64,000 bases of DNA, taken from contig JAKITW010000004.1 of the NCBI GenBank assembly GCA_021647905.1, positions 2,123 to 66,122 on the forward strand. Direction: 5' to 3'. Below are positions 44,928 through 53,215 of the stretch, piece after piece. The first letter of the stretch is position 1. Each line of letters opens with the position of its first letter. The stretch is from Desulfobacterales bacterium (lineage in GTDB: Bacteria; Desulfobacterota; Desulfobulbia; Desulfobulbales; BM004). The position numbers were made by a program, and so were the translations under genes. The notes beneath the pieces are model-generated. The model searched no databases, was not told the DNA's origin, and saw nothing but the letters and a program-made list of their open reading frames with translations.

Positions 44928-47900
44928 TCAGGTATAGTAACGGCGCAGGATCTCGGTGAGTTCCCTGAGCATATCATCCATGGTCAGGAGTTTGCGGTTG
45001 AGAATGGTCTCCACCCGGCCGTCCAGCCGATCCAGTTCCGCTTTGCTGAACTGCCTTTCGGTTATCAGCACCAGGGGGATATGCCGCATCGCCTTGTTAC
45101 TCTTTAAATAAGCGATCATGTCAGTGCCGTCAACATCGGGCATGATCAGATTCATGACGATCAGGTCGGGCACCGCCTTCTGGATCTCATCCCGGGCCTG
45201 GCGGTTGTCACGGGCAACGGTCACCTGGCAGCCGGCCTCCTCAAGGGCCGGCCGGATCGCACCCACCACCTCCGGATCGGTCTCCACCACCAATACCCTC
45301 TTGATCCGCGCCGAGCAGGCCACGGTATCCAGTTTGCGCAGGAGCAGATTTTTGTCCACCGGCTTGACGATGTACTCGGCCGCCCCCAGGCTGAAACCGA
45401 GCCGCTTCTCGTCGACAATGGAAAGAATGATCACCGGGATATCCTGGGTCTGCGGGTCCTGCTTCAGTTCGAGCAGAACCTGCCAGCCGTTCTTGCCCGG
45501 CATCCTGATGTCCAGGGTGATGGCCGCCGGTTGCAGTTCCCGGGCCGTTGCCACTGCCCGGGCGCTGTCCTGGAGCCCGACCACATTGTATTCCCGGCCC
45601 AGGTATTTACTTATGATCTCGATCATCTCCGGATTGTCGTCAATGGCCAGGACGGTCATCTTCCGCTCCCCGTCCCCGGCGGCCGGCCCGCTATTCTTTC
45701 CGGTCCGCTCCAACCCGCTGCCGCTGCTGTCATACTCCTCCATTATCACCCGTTCAATGATCTCGCAGCCGCGGCAGAACCCGCTTTTTTCCGGAAAGGA
45801 AGCCACCTTGGTCCCCTTGCAGTGGGTGCCGAAAATAAGCCAGCAGCGATGATCCTTGCTGCCGTATGCCGGGCAGCTTGTCTGGCCGCAGTGTACATAT
45901 TCCCAGCATTTGATCGGCTTGCCGGCATAACGCGGCTCCTTGAGAAAGGTCTGCACCGGTTTGTCAAAGTAGCTGGCCAGTTCCTCGGCCATCATCGGCT
46001 CGATAATCACTTCACTCGGTTTTTCCAGCAGATCCTTGCGGGCCGGCAGGGTGAAACAGAAACGGCTGCCCCGGCCGAAACGGCTCTCCACCCAGATCAT
46101 CCCCTTGTGAAGCACCACCAGCCCCCTGGCGATGCTCAGGCCCAGGCCGGTGCCCTCATACTCGCGGATGGAGGAGACGTCGATCTGGCTGAACTTGTCG
46201 AACAGCTTGTCAATGTCCCCCTGCTTGATGCCGATCCCGGTGTCGGCAATGCAGACCTCGACAAAACGGGGCGGCTCCCCGGGCTTGATGCCGCGCTGGG
46301 ACGGGTAGGCGCTGATCCGGATCTCGCCGGAGTTGGTGAACTTGACCGCATTGGAAATGAGATTGAGGAACACCTGGCCGATCTTGTCCTCGTCAATATA
46401 GACCGGCGGCAGGTCGTCGCTAAAGTCAAAGACCAGCTTCAATCCCTTCTTGTTCATGGCCGGTTCAAAGGTGGCGGCATAGGTCTCGGCCAGATTCTTG
46501 ATTGAGGCCTCATGGGGATCAAGCTCGATTTTGCCTGATTCGATCTTGGACATATCAAGAATATCGTTGATCAACTGCAGGAGATGCCTGGCATTATTCA
46601 CCACCTTGCGCAGGCTCTTCTCCTGCTCCTCGTTGATCTCGCCGTCGATCCGGTCAAGGAGCAGGTCGGTATAACCGATGATCGAGTTCATCGGCGTGCG
46701 CAGTTCATGGGACATGTTGGCCAGGAAGGCGGACTTGAGCCGGTCCAGTTCCCGGAGTTCCCGGTTGGCCCGTTCGAGCAGCAGGGTCTTTTCCCTGAGC
46801 ATCATGGTCCGCCGGGCCACCTCCAGTTCCAGGTCCTTGCTGAAGGAGGAGATCCGCTCATAGAGCTTTTCCAGGTCGTCCAGCATCAGGTTGATGTTTC
46901 CGGCGATCTCATCCATCATGTCGTTCTTGTCCAGCACCTCGGCCCGCTTGTTGAGATCGCCCTCCGCCACCAGGGAAAGGGTGTTGAGCAGGCTGGTCAC
47001 CCGCTCCTCCAGGTACCGGCGCTGTTCCTCCTCCCGGGCCGCGGCCTTTTTGATATACTGGAGCCGTTCCGCCTCCAGCACCTCGGTGATGTCCCGGCAG
47101 ATCTCCACCCCGCCGACCAGGGCGCCGTGGGCGTCCCGCAAGGGGCTGGCGCTGGCCATCAGCGGCACCGGTTTCCCTGTCCGGCTGGTCATCGTCGCCC
47201 TGACCCCGCTCACCGGCTTGCCGCTGTCAAAACAGTAGCGGAGCGGACAGGTGCTTTCGCAGATATCACTCCGGAACACCTGCCGGCAGGTCATCCGGCC
47301 CTCCACCTCCTCCTTGCTGTACCCGGTGAGTTGGGCGCAGGCCTCGTTCATATAGGTGATGACCATCCCGGTGTCCACCATGAACAGGGGATCGGCAATG
47401 GCCTCCTTCAGGCTGGAGGCATACTCGATCTGGTCCTTGATGCTGGCGACCATGGCATTGAACGAACGGCCGAGTACGCCGATGGCATCCTCGGTGGAGA
47501 CCGCAACCGAGACGGAGAGATCCCCCTGGGCAAGCTGTTCGGCCTTGCTGGCCAGTTCGTCCACCGGCCGGGTCACCAGCCGGCCCAGCATATAATAGAT
47601 GATCGCGATCAGAGCGCCGATCCCGAGAACACTGACCAGGATGGTGCGGTTCCTGAGGGCGGCGATTACCGCATAGGTTTCATCGGTGGACTGGCGGATG
47701 ATCATCCCGCCCAGGACCTTGCGGGAGGCGCCGTGGCAGTGATGGCATTCCTTTTCATTGGGCATGCTGTGGATGGTGACCAGGAAACGCTTTCCACCCA
47801 CCTTTTCTTCAAAATATTTTTCACCCGGCGAGGCGCCGCCTTCCAGCAGGACCCCCAGGGCGGTGATCGCCGCGGGGTTATGGATAAAGCCGGAAACCGT

Positions 47901-48230
47901 GGCATTGATCCGTTCGGCATGGGTGGCAAAAACGATCCGCTGGTTAAAGTCGCAGATGACAATTTCCGCGTCATGGAGATGCTCTTTTACGTCAAGGAGC
48001 TGTTTTTCCACCGAGGCGCTGTCGCCCACCGACATCGGGTGTTTGATTCCGGCATAGGCGAGAAACTGGAGTTCCTGGGCCGAGGTGGTCATCCGTTCCC
48101 GGATCTGCCGGCGCTGGCTGGTCACCCCGAGGCAGATAATCACCCCCATGACAATGGCCACCCCCACGGTGAGGGCCAGCAGGATCTTGACGCTGAGCCG
48201 CTTGCTGATGAACGGAGGCAGGTTGATCAT
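44928..48230 (-). CDS. Hybrid sensor histidine kinase: periplasmic c-type-heme (CXXCH) sensor domain, HAMP, 4-Cys PAS, HisKA-HATPase, Cys-rich CW..CW insert, two receiver domains
   Basis: CHHCH at nt 47733-47747 lies between two TM helices. Also present are CRQVFRSDICESTCPLRYC (47232-47288), the H-box FLANMSHELRTP, the G-boxes DTGIGI/GTGLGL, and KCWEYVHCGQTSCPAYGSKDHRCW...CRGC (about 45755-45915). REC motifs are VLAIDDN..DIRMP and VLVVETD..MNLIMP. The ATG at 48230 lies 2 nt after the cytochrome stop. Confidence 0.9.
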   Translation of the reverse strand: MINLPPFISKRLSVKILLALTVGVAIVMGVIICLGVTSQRRQIRERMTTSAQELQFLAYAGIKHPMSVGDSASVEKQLLDVKEHLHDAEIVICDFNQRIVFATHAERINATVSGFIHNPAAITALGVLLEGGASPGEKYFEEKVGGKRFLVTIHSMPNEKECHHCHGASRKVLGGMIIRQSTDETYAVIAALRNRTILVSVLGIGALIAIIYYMLGRLVTRPVDELASKAEQLAQGDLSVSVAVSTEDAIGVLGRSFNAMVASIKDQIEYASSLKEAIADPLFMVDTGMVITYMNEACAQLTGYSKEEVEGRMTCRQVFRSDICESTCPLRYCFDSGKPVSGVRATMTSRTGKPVPLMASASPLRDAHGALVGGVEICRDITEVLEAERLQYIKKAAAREEEQRRYLEERVTSLLNTLSLVAEGDLNKRAEVLDKNDMMDEIAGNINLMLDDLEKLYERISSFSKDLELEVARRTMMLREKTLLLERANRELRELDRLKSAFLANMSHELRTPMNSIIGYTDLLLDRIDGEINEEQEKSLRKVVNNARHLLQLINDILDMSKIESGKIELDPHEASIKNLAETYAATFEPAMNKKGLKLVFDFSDDLPPVYIDEDKIGQVFLNLISNAVKFTNSGEIRISAYPSQRGIKPGEPPRFVEVCIADTGIGIKQGDIDKLFDKFSQIDVSSIREYEGTGLGLSIARGLVVLHKGMIWVESRFGRGSRFCFTLPARKDLLEKPSEVIIEPMMAEELASYFDKPVQTFLKEPRYAGKPIKCWEYVHCGQTSCPAYGSKDHRCWLIFGTHCKGTKVASFPEKSGFCRGCEIIERVIMEEYDSSGSGLERTGKNSGPAAGDGERKMTVLAIDDNPEMIEIISKYLGREYNVVGLQDSARAVATARELQPAAITLDIRMPGKNGWQVLLELKQDPQTQDIPVIILSIVDEKRLGFSLGAAEYIVKPVDKNLLLRKLDTVACSARIKRVLVVETDPEVVGAIRPALEEAGCQVTVARDNRQARDEIQKAVPDLIVMNLIMPDVDGTDMIAYLKSNKAMRHIPLVLITERQFSKAELDRLDGRVETILNRKLLTMDDMLRELTEILRRYYT

Positions 48231-48232
48231 CG

Positions 48233-48721
48233 CTAGTGCGCCCCCCCGTGAATCATCGGTTTGTAGCGAAAGGCCTTGACCCGTTCGGAGATATGGCATC
48301 CCTCGCAGTCCCCGGTGGTCAGGACGCTCTTGATATCAGCGGGATCCTTGCTGGCACAATGGTTGCTGCCCGGGCCGTGACAGACCTCGCAGCCGGCGTT
48401 CTTCAGGTTCGGGGTGGTCTCGGGGCTGACAAAACCGCCCGGCTTGCCGTAGCCGGTGGTGTGGCAGGAGTAGCACTTCTCGATCTCTGCCTCGGTCAGC
48501 CCCTTTTTCAGCTTGTCGATACTCTCGAACGATCTGCTCTTCTTGGCATAGGTCATGAAACTGGCATACTCGGCCGGATGGCAGTCGCGACAGGCCTCGG
48601 AGCCGACATAGCGCGGCGGTTTGCCGGAAAGGACAACAGCAGGACCAAGAAAGACCACAAAGAGAACAGAACACAGGGCCACTGTTATGCCCTGCACCAT
48701 TTTGCAGCAGTAAAAACCCAT
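48233..48721 (-). CDS. Periplasmic tetraheme c-type cytochrome (cytochrome c554-like family)
   Basis: Four CXXCH motifs (CRDCH, CYSCH, CEVCH, CEGCH) in 162 aa, with a hydrophobic N-terminal signal sequence. Confidence 0.85.
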   Translation of the reverse strand: MGFYCCKMVQGITVALCSVLFVVFLGPAVVLSGKPPRYVGSEACRDCHPAEYASFMTYAKKSRSFESIDKLKKGLTEAEIEKCYSCHTTGYGKPGGFVSPETTPNLKNAGCEVCHGPGSNHCASKDPADIKSVLTTGDCEGCHISERVKAFRYKPMIHGGAH

Positions 48722-48948
48722 TGCTCACCCCCTCGGCGCCCCGCCAGTCCGGAATGGAATCAATCCCTTGACGGAGAACCGGCTCGCCACCGGTTGATTT
48801 CAAGAGGAAAGCATCTTTTCCGTCAGGCAAAAAAGTCCGCAGGGCACCTGCAAGGAGTATATTCGGAAACAAGGGGCCAGTAAAACAAAAACTGTCGATC
48901 CGGCCGATATTCCGTTATTGCAGCCGCGGATTACAGCTAACCCCGGCT

Positions 48949-49048
48949 AACCAGCATGGCTGGACCATATTTGCCCAGCCACAACGAAATAATCAAAGAC
49001 CTCACTCCGGCATGGCAAGGCCGGGGCTTGGTGACGACTTTCATATAA
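48949..49048 (-). repeat. Dispersed repeat family R1, copy E
   Basis: The reverse complement reads TTATATGAAAGTCGTCACC...TTTGATTATTTCGTTGTGGCTGGGCAAATATGGTCCAGCCATGCTGGTT. On the minus strand it is about 230 nt upstream of the cytochrome gene. Confidence 0.7.
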
Positions 49049-49208
49049 ACACCATGATAGGGCTAGGACCCGGTCCGGCAACATGATCCCGGCTTGTCGG
49101 CGCCATTGCTTTCGGGTACTGTTCAACTCCTGGTTAGTGTCCGTCCAGAAATGAGCAATTTCGTTCAAGATCAAGGATCGCGAAAAAAATAACCGGAGTC
49201 ATATAAAT

Positions 49209-49308
49209 GTCGGTCTCGCAACAACCCGCTCGACGGACGTGATTCGTCTTGTAACTTGTTGATTTTATTGGGTGGCATTTGAAGCCTTTCGGGTTGTTAC
49301 GAGTTCAT
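49209..49308 (+). mobile_element. 100-nt MITE (family M2), copy c, with a perfect 9-bp target-site duplication
   Basis: CATATAAAT occurs at 49200-49208 and again at 49309-49317. The termini are GTCGGTCTCGCAACAACCCG / CGGGTTGTTACGAGTTCAT. Confidence 0.85.
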
Positions 49309-49448
49309 CATATAAATGATATTACGAGGATTATTTTTTGAGCATGACGCCGAGATTGGGCGAAAGGGCCATTTCTGGATGGGCACTGGTTAAACAGGGG
49401 GTGCGTAACCACTTACAGGCCGGTGGGTTCCGTAAATTTGTAGCCCCT

Positions 49449-49461
49449 GGTGAACGGTTAC
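49449..49461 (+). promoter_or_regulatory. Exact copy of the 13-mer GGTGAACGGTTAC, 58 nt upstream of the hrpB ATG
   Basis: cccctGGTGAACGGTTACgattcaggaTATAAAc. Confidence 0.5.
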
Positions 49462-49519
49462 GATTCAGGATATAAACAAAACCGGTTTCCCCCGGCCCTG
49501 CCAGCTGACTCCCCGGCTG

Positions 49520-52015
49520 ATGTTGACAAAAATGCTGCCCATCGAACCGCTCCTGCCGGATATCAAAGAGGCCATTGCCATTGCCGGCCGGGCCGTGCTC
49601 CAGGCCCCGCCCGGGGCCGGCAAGACCACCCTGGTGCCCCTGGCCCTGTTGGAAGAACCATGGCTGGAGAATAAAAAGATCATCCTGCTCGAACCGCGGC
49701 GGCTGGCGGCCCGGGCCGCGGCCAACCGGATGGCCGAACTCCGCAACCAGCAGGTAGGCGAAACCGTGGGCTACCGCACCCGGCTGGACAGCAGGGTCGG
49801 TGCCCGGACCCGGATCGAGGTAATCACCGAGGGGATCCTCACCCGGATGCTCCAGGACGATCCGGCCCTGGAAGAGACGGGTCTGGTGATCTTTGACGAG
49901 TTTCACGAGCGCAGCCTGCAGGCCGACCTGGGCCTGGCCCTCTGTCTGGAGACCCGGTCGATCCTGCGGCCGGATCTCAGGCTGCTGATCATGTCCGCCA
50001 CCATTAGCACGGAACCGATAGCCGAGCTGCTCGGCCAGGCACCGGTGATTACCAGCCAGGGCCGCTCCTTTCCAGTGACCACCCATTACCTTGGTGCTGA
50101 ACCGCGCCTCCATCCGGAACAACTGACAATCACCACCGTGCTCCGGGCCCTGGCGAAAGAAGAGGGCTCCATCCTGGTCTTTCTGCCCGGGGTCGGCGAG
50201 ATCCGCAGGGTGGCCGCGCTCCTGCAAGAGGCGGGCCTTCCGGCCAATGTCCACCTGGCCCCGCTTTACGGCAACCTTACCCGCCCTGAGCAGGACCGGG
50301 CGATCAGGCCCTGTCCTTTGGCAAGCCGCAAAATCGTCCTTGCCACCTCCATTGCCGAGACCAGCCTCACCATTGACGGGATCCGGGTGGTGATCGATTC
50401 CGGCCTGATGCGGGTTTCCCGCTTCGATCCGAACAGCGGGATGAGCCGCCTGGTAACCCTCCCCGTATCCCGGGCCGCGGCCGACCAGCGGCGCGGCCGG
50501 GCCGGCCGCCTGGGACCCGGGGTCTGCTTTCGATTGTGGACCAGGTCCACCCAGATCCAGTTGAGGGAACAAACCGGCCCGGAGATCCTGACCGCGGACC
50601 TGGCCCCCCTGGCCCTGGAACTGGCCCGGTGGGGGGTCGGTGATCCGAAATCACTGGCCTGGCTCGACCCGGTGCCGGCCGGCCCCTTTAATCAGGCAAG
50701 GGAACTGCTCACCGAACTGGGGGCCTTGGACGGTCAGGGCCGGCTCACCGGACAGGGCCGGAGGATGGCGCAACTGGCCATGCATCCCCGCCTGGCCCGG
50801 ATGGTGCTGGCCGGCAAAAAACAGGGCCTGGGCAGCCTGGCCTGCGACCTGGCCGCGCTGATCAGCGAGCGGGACATCATCCAGGGGAACAATGACCCGG
50901 ATATCCGGACCCGGCTGGAGATCCTGGCCGATCAACGCCACCCGGCAGCCCATGACCGGGGGGCGAAAAAACGGATAATCAGAACCGCGGCCAGGTGGCG
51001 CAAACAGCTTCAAATCGCGCGGGAAAACAGCGACCCGGACCGGGCCGGGCTGCTGCTCTCCCTTGCCTTTCCGGACCGGATCGGGCAAAAACGGCCGGGC
51101 CGGACGGGCCGGTTTCTCCTGGCCAACGGCCGCGGCGGCATTGTTCCGGCCGCCTCCTTCCTGGCCCGGGCCGACTATCTGGTGGCCGCGGCCCTGGACG
51201 GCGGAAAAAAAGAGGCCCGGATCTTTCTCGGCGCGCCGGTTACCCGGGCCGAGCTGGAGGAACAGTGGCGAGACGCGATCAGTTGGCGGCAAATTGTGGC
51301 CTGGGACAGCCGCAGCCGGTCGGTCTTGGCCCGAAAACAGAAAAAACTGGGCCATCTGGTCCTATGGGACGAACCGCTGGCAGGCAATGATGATCCCGGA
51401 GTTATCAATGCCCTGATCAGCGGCATCCGGGAGATGGGGCTGGAGGTATTGCCCTGGACCGGAGAACTGCGCTCCTGGCAGGCCCGGGTCCTGCTTATGC
51501 GCCGGCTTGCGCCGCGGGCCGGCTGGCCCGACGTCAGCGACAATGGGTTACAAGCCACGCTCGGGGAGTGGCTCGCTCCGTATATTACCGGGATGCGCGG
51601 CTGCGCCCACCTTGCCCGCCTTGATCTCAAGTCGGCCCTGACCAGCCTGCTGAACCGGCCGCAGCAAAAAAATCTTGAAAAACTGGCGCCCACCCATCTC
51701 ACCGTACCCAGCGGCTCGCGGATCAGGCTGCAGTACCGGCCCGACGAGACGCCGGTACTGGCGGTGCGGCTCCAGGAGATGTTCGGGGCCAGCGATACAC
51801 CGCGGATCGGCGGCGGCCAGGTCCAGGTCCTGCTCCACCTCCTCTCTCCGGCCGGCCGGCCGGTGCAGGTGACCCGGGACCTGGCCGGTTTCTGGAAAAA
51901 CACCTACCCGCAAGTGCGCAAGGACCTGCGGGCCCGCTATGCCAGGCACTACTGGCCCGGGGACCCGCTCAACGCCGCACCGACCAGCAGGGCAAAACCG
52001 CGGAAGAAGCGATGA
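49520..52015 (+). CDS. hrpB: ATP-dependent RNA helicase HrpB (DEAH box)
   Basis: APPGAGKTT, DEFHERS, SATI, TSIAETSLTI and QRRGRAGR, plus the HrpB C-terminal domain. Confidence 0.93.
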   Translation: MLTKMLPIEPLLPDIKEAIAIAGRAVLQAPPGAGKTTLVPLALLEEPWLENKKIILLEPRRLAARAAANRMAELRNQQVGETVGYRTRLDSRVGARTRIEVITEGILTRMLQDDPALEETGLVIFDEFHERSLQADLGLALCLETRSILRPDLRLLIMSATISTEPIAELLGQAPVITSQGRSFPVTTHYLGAEPRLHPEQLTITTVLRALAKEEGSILVFLPGVGEIRRVAALLQEAGLPANVHLAPLYGNLTRPEQDRAIRPCPLASRKIVLATSIAETSLTIDGIRVVIDSGLMRVSRFDPNSGMSRLVTLPVSRAAADQRRGRAGRLGPGVCFRLWTRSTQIQLREQTGPEILTADLAPLALELARWGVGDPKSLAWLDPVPAGPFNQARELLTELGALDGQGRLTGQGRRMAQLAMHPRLARMVLAGKKQGLGSLACDLAALISERDIIQGNNDPDIRTRLEILADQRHPAAHDRGAKKRIIRTAARWRKQLQIARENSDPDRAGLLLSLAFPDRIGQKRPGRTGRFLLANGRGGIVPAASFLARADYLVAAALDGGKKEARIFLGAPVTRAELEEQWRDAISWRQIVAWDSRSRSVLARKQKKLGHLVLWDEPLAGNDDPGVINALISGIREMGLEVLPWTGELRSWQARVLLMRRLAPRAGWPDVSDNGLQATLGEWLAPYITGMRGCAHLARLDLKSALTSLLNRPQQKNLEKLAPTHLTVPSGSRIRLQYRPDETPVLAVRLQEMFGASDTPRIGGGQVQVLLHLLSPAGRPVQVTRDLAGFWKNTYPQVRKDLRARYARHYWPGDPLNAAPTSRAKPRKKR

Positions 52016-52041
52016 TGACGGATGACGGATGACGGATGACG
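52014..52041 (+). repeat. Heptamer tandem repeat (GATGACG) x4, overlapping the hrpB stop codon
   Basis: Read directly. Each unit contains TGA and ATG, which step through all three frames. Confidence 0.95.
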
Positions 52042-52072
52042 GAAGGGTAAAGATAAAGAGGGAAAAAACAAC

Positions 52073-53203
52073 TTATTCCAAAGAGACGGCAAGCTGGTAA
52101 CAGGCCCCGGGCAGGCTGCGCACCGCGCCTTTCAGCTCGAGCAGCAGGAGCAGTTCACTGACCTTGGCCCCGGGCAGGGACGCGGCCACGGCAATCTCGT
52201 CAATGGTCCGGGGATAGACGTCAAGACAGGAGAGCAACCGCCGCTCCTGGTCATTGATCTCCACGGCGAGCCGGGGCAGGGCCGGTTCCACCGGATTATC
52301 ACTTAGCATCTCCCCGGGCAGTTCGTTGATGATGTCAGCCACGCCCTGCACCAGTTTGGCCCCCTGCTGGAGCAGACCGTGACTGCCGGTACTCTTGCAG
52401 GAATCAACCCGGCCGGGAATGGCAAAGACCTCGCGGCCCTGTTCCAGGGCATGCTGGGCGGTGATCAACGAGCCGGAATTCCTGGCCGCCTCCACCACCA
52501 CCACTCCCAGGGCCAGGCCGCTGATGATCCGGTTGCGGGCCGGAAAACGGAACCCGTCCGGCTTGGTGCCCAGGGGATACTCGCTGACCAGGGCGCCCTG
52601 GCTGGGAATTTTGTCGAACAGGTCCCGGTTGCCCCAGGGATAGACCAGGTCCAGACCGCAGCCGAGTACCGCCACGGTGCGGCCGCCGCCGGCCAGGGCG
52701 CCCCGGTGCGCCTGGGCATCGATGCCCAGGGCCAGACCGCTGATGATCACAAACCGGCGGCCCAGATCATGGGCCAGGCGATAGGCTATCCGCCGGCCAT
52801 AGTCGGTGCAGGCCCGCGATCCCACCAGGGCCAGGGCCGGGCCGTCGGCAAGAGCGGCCGGATCGCCCTTGACGTAGAGCAGCAGGGGCGGACCGTAGAT
52901 GTCCTTAAGCAACTCCGGGTAACGGGGATCGTCCCAGGCAATAATAAAAATCCCCATCCGGCCGGTCCGCTCCAGTTCCAGGTCCGCGGCAGCGGCCGCC
53001 CGGGCCCGGGCCGGACCGGCAAGGGCCGCGATGGTTGTCGACCGGATCCCTTCAACCCGGCCCAGGGCGGACCGGTCCGCGGTCAGCACCGCCTCGGGCG
53101 ATCCGAAATGTTCCACCAGGGCCTGGCCGCCCACCGCGCCCAGGCCGGGCAGAAGGTGGAGGGTCAGCCAGGCCAGAATGTGCTGCCCTGTTTTATCGCT
53201 CAA
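52073..53203 (-). CDS. dprA: DNA-processing protein DprA
   Basis: LALVGSRACTDYG ... ISGLALGIDAQAHRGAL ... VAVLGCGLDLVYP ... FPARNRIISGL. Confidence 0.93.
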   Translation of the reverse strand: MSDKTGQHILAWLTLHLLPGLGAVGGQALVEHFGSPEAVLTADRSALGRVEGIRSTTIAALAGPARARAAAAADLELERTGRMGIFIIAWDDPRYPELLKDIYGPPLLLYVKGDPAALADGPALALVGSRACTDYGRRIAYRLAHDLGRRFVIISGLALGIDAQAHRGALAGGGRTVAVLGCGLDLVYPWGNRDLFDKIPSQGALVSEYPLGTKPDGFRFPARNRIISGLALGVVVVEAARNSGSLITAQHALEQGREVFAIPGRVDSCKSTGSHGLLQQGAKLVQGVADIINELPGEMLSDNPVEPALPRLAVEINDQERRLLSCLDVYPRTIDEIAVAASLPGAKVSELLLLLELKGAVRSLPGACYQLAVSLE

Positions 53204-53215
53204 TACCGCTCCCCA

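Noticed and set aside
48947-49174. 75-aa minus-strand ORF upstream of the cytochrome gene
   Set aside because: It is largely made of R1 copy E read in one frame, has no ribosome-binding site, and is not coding-like.
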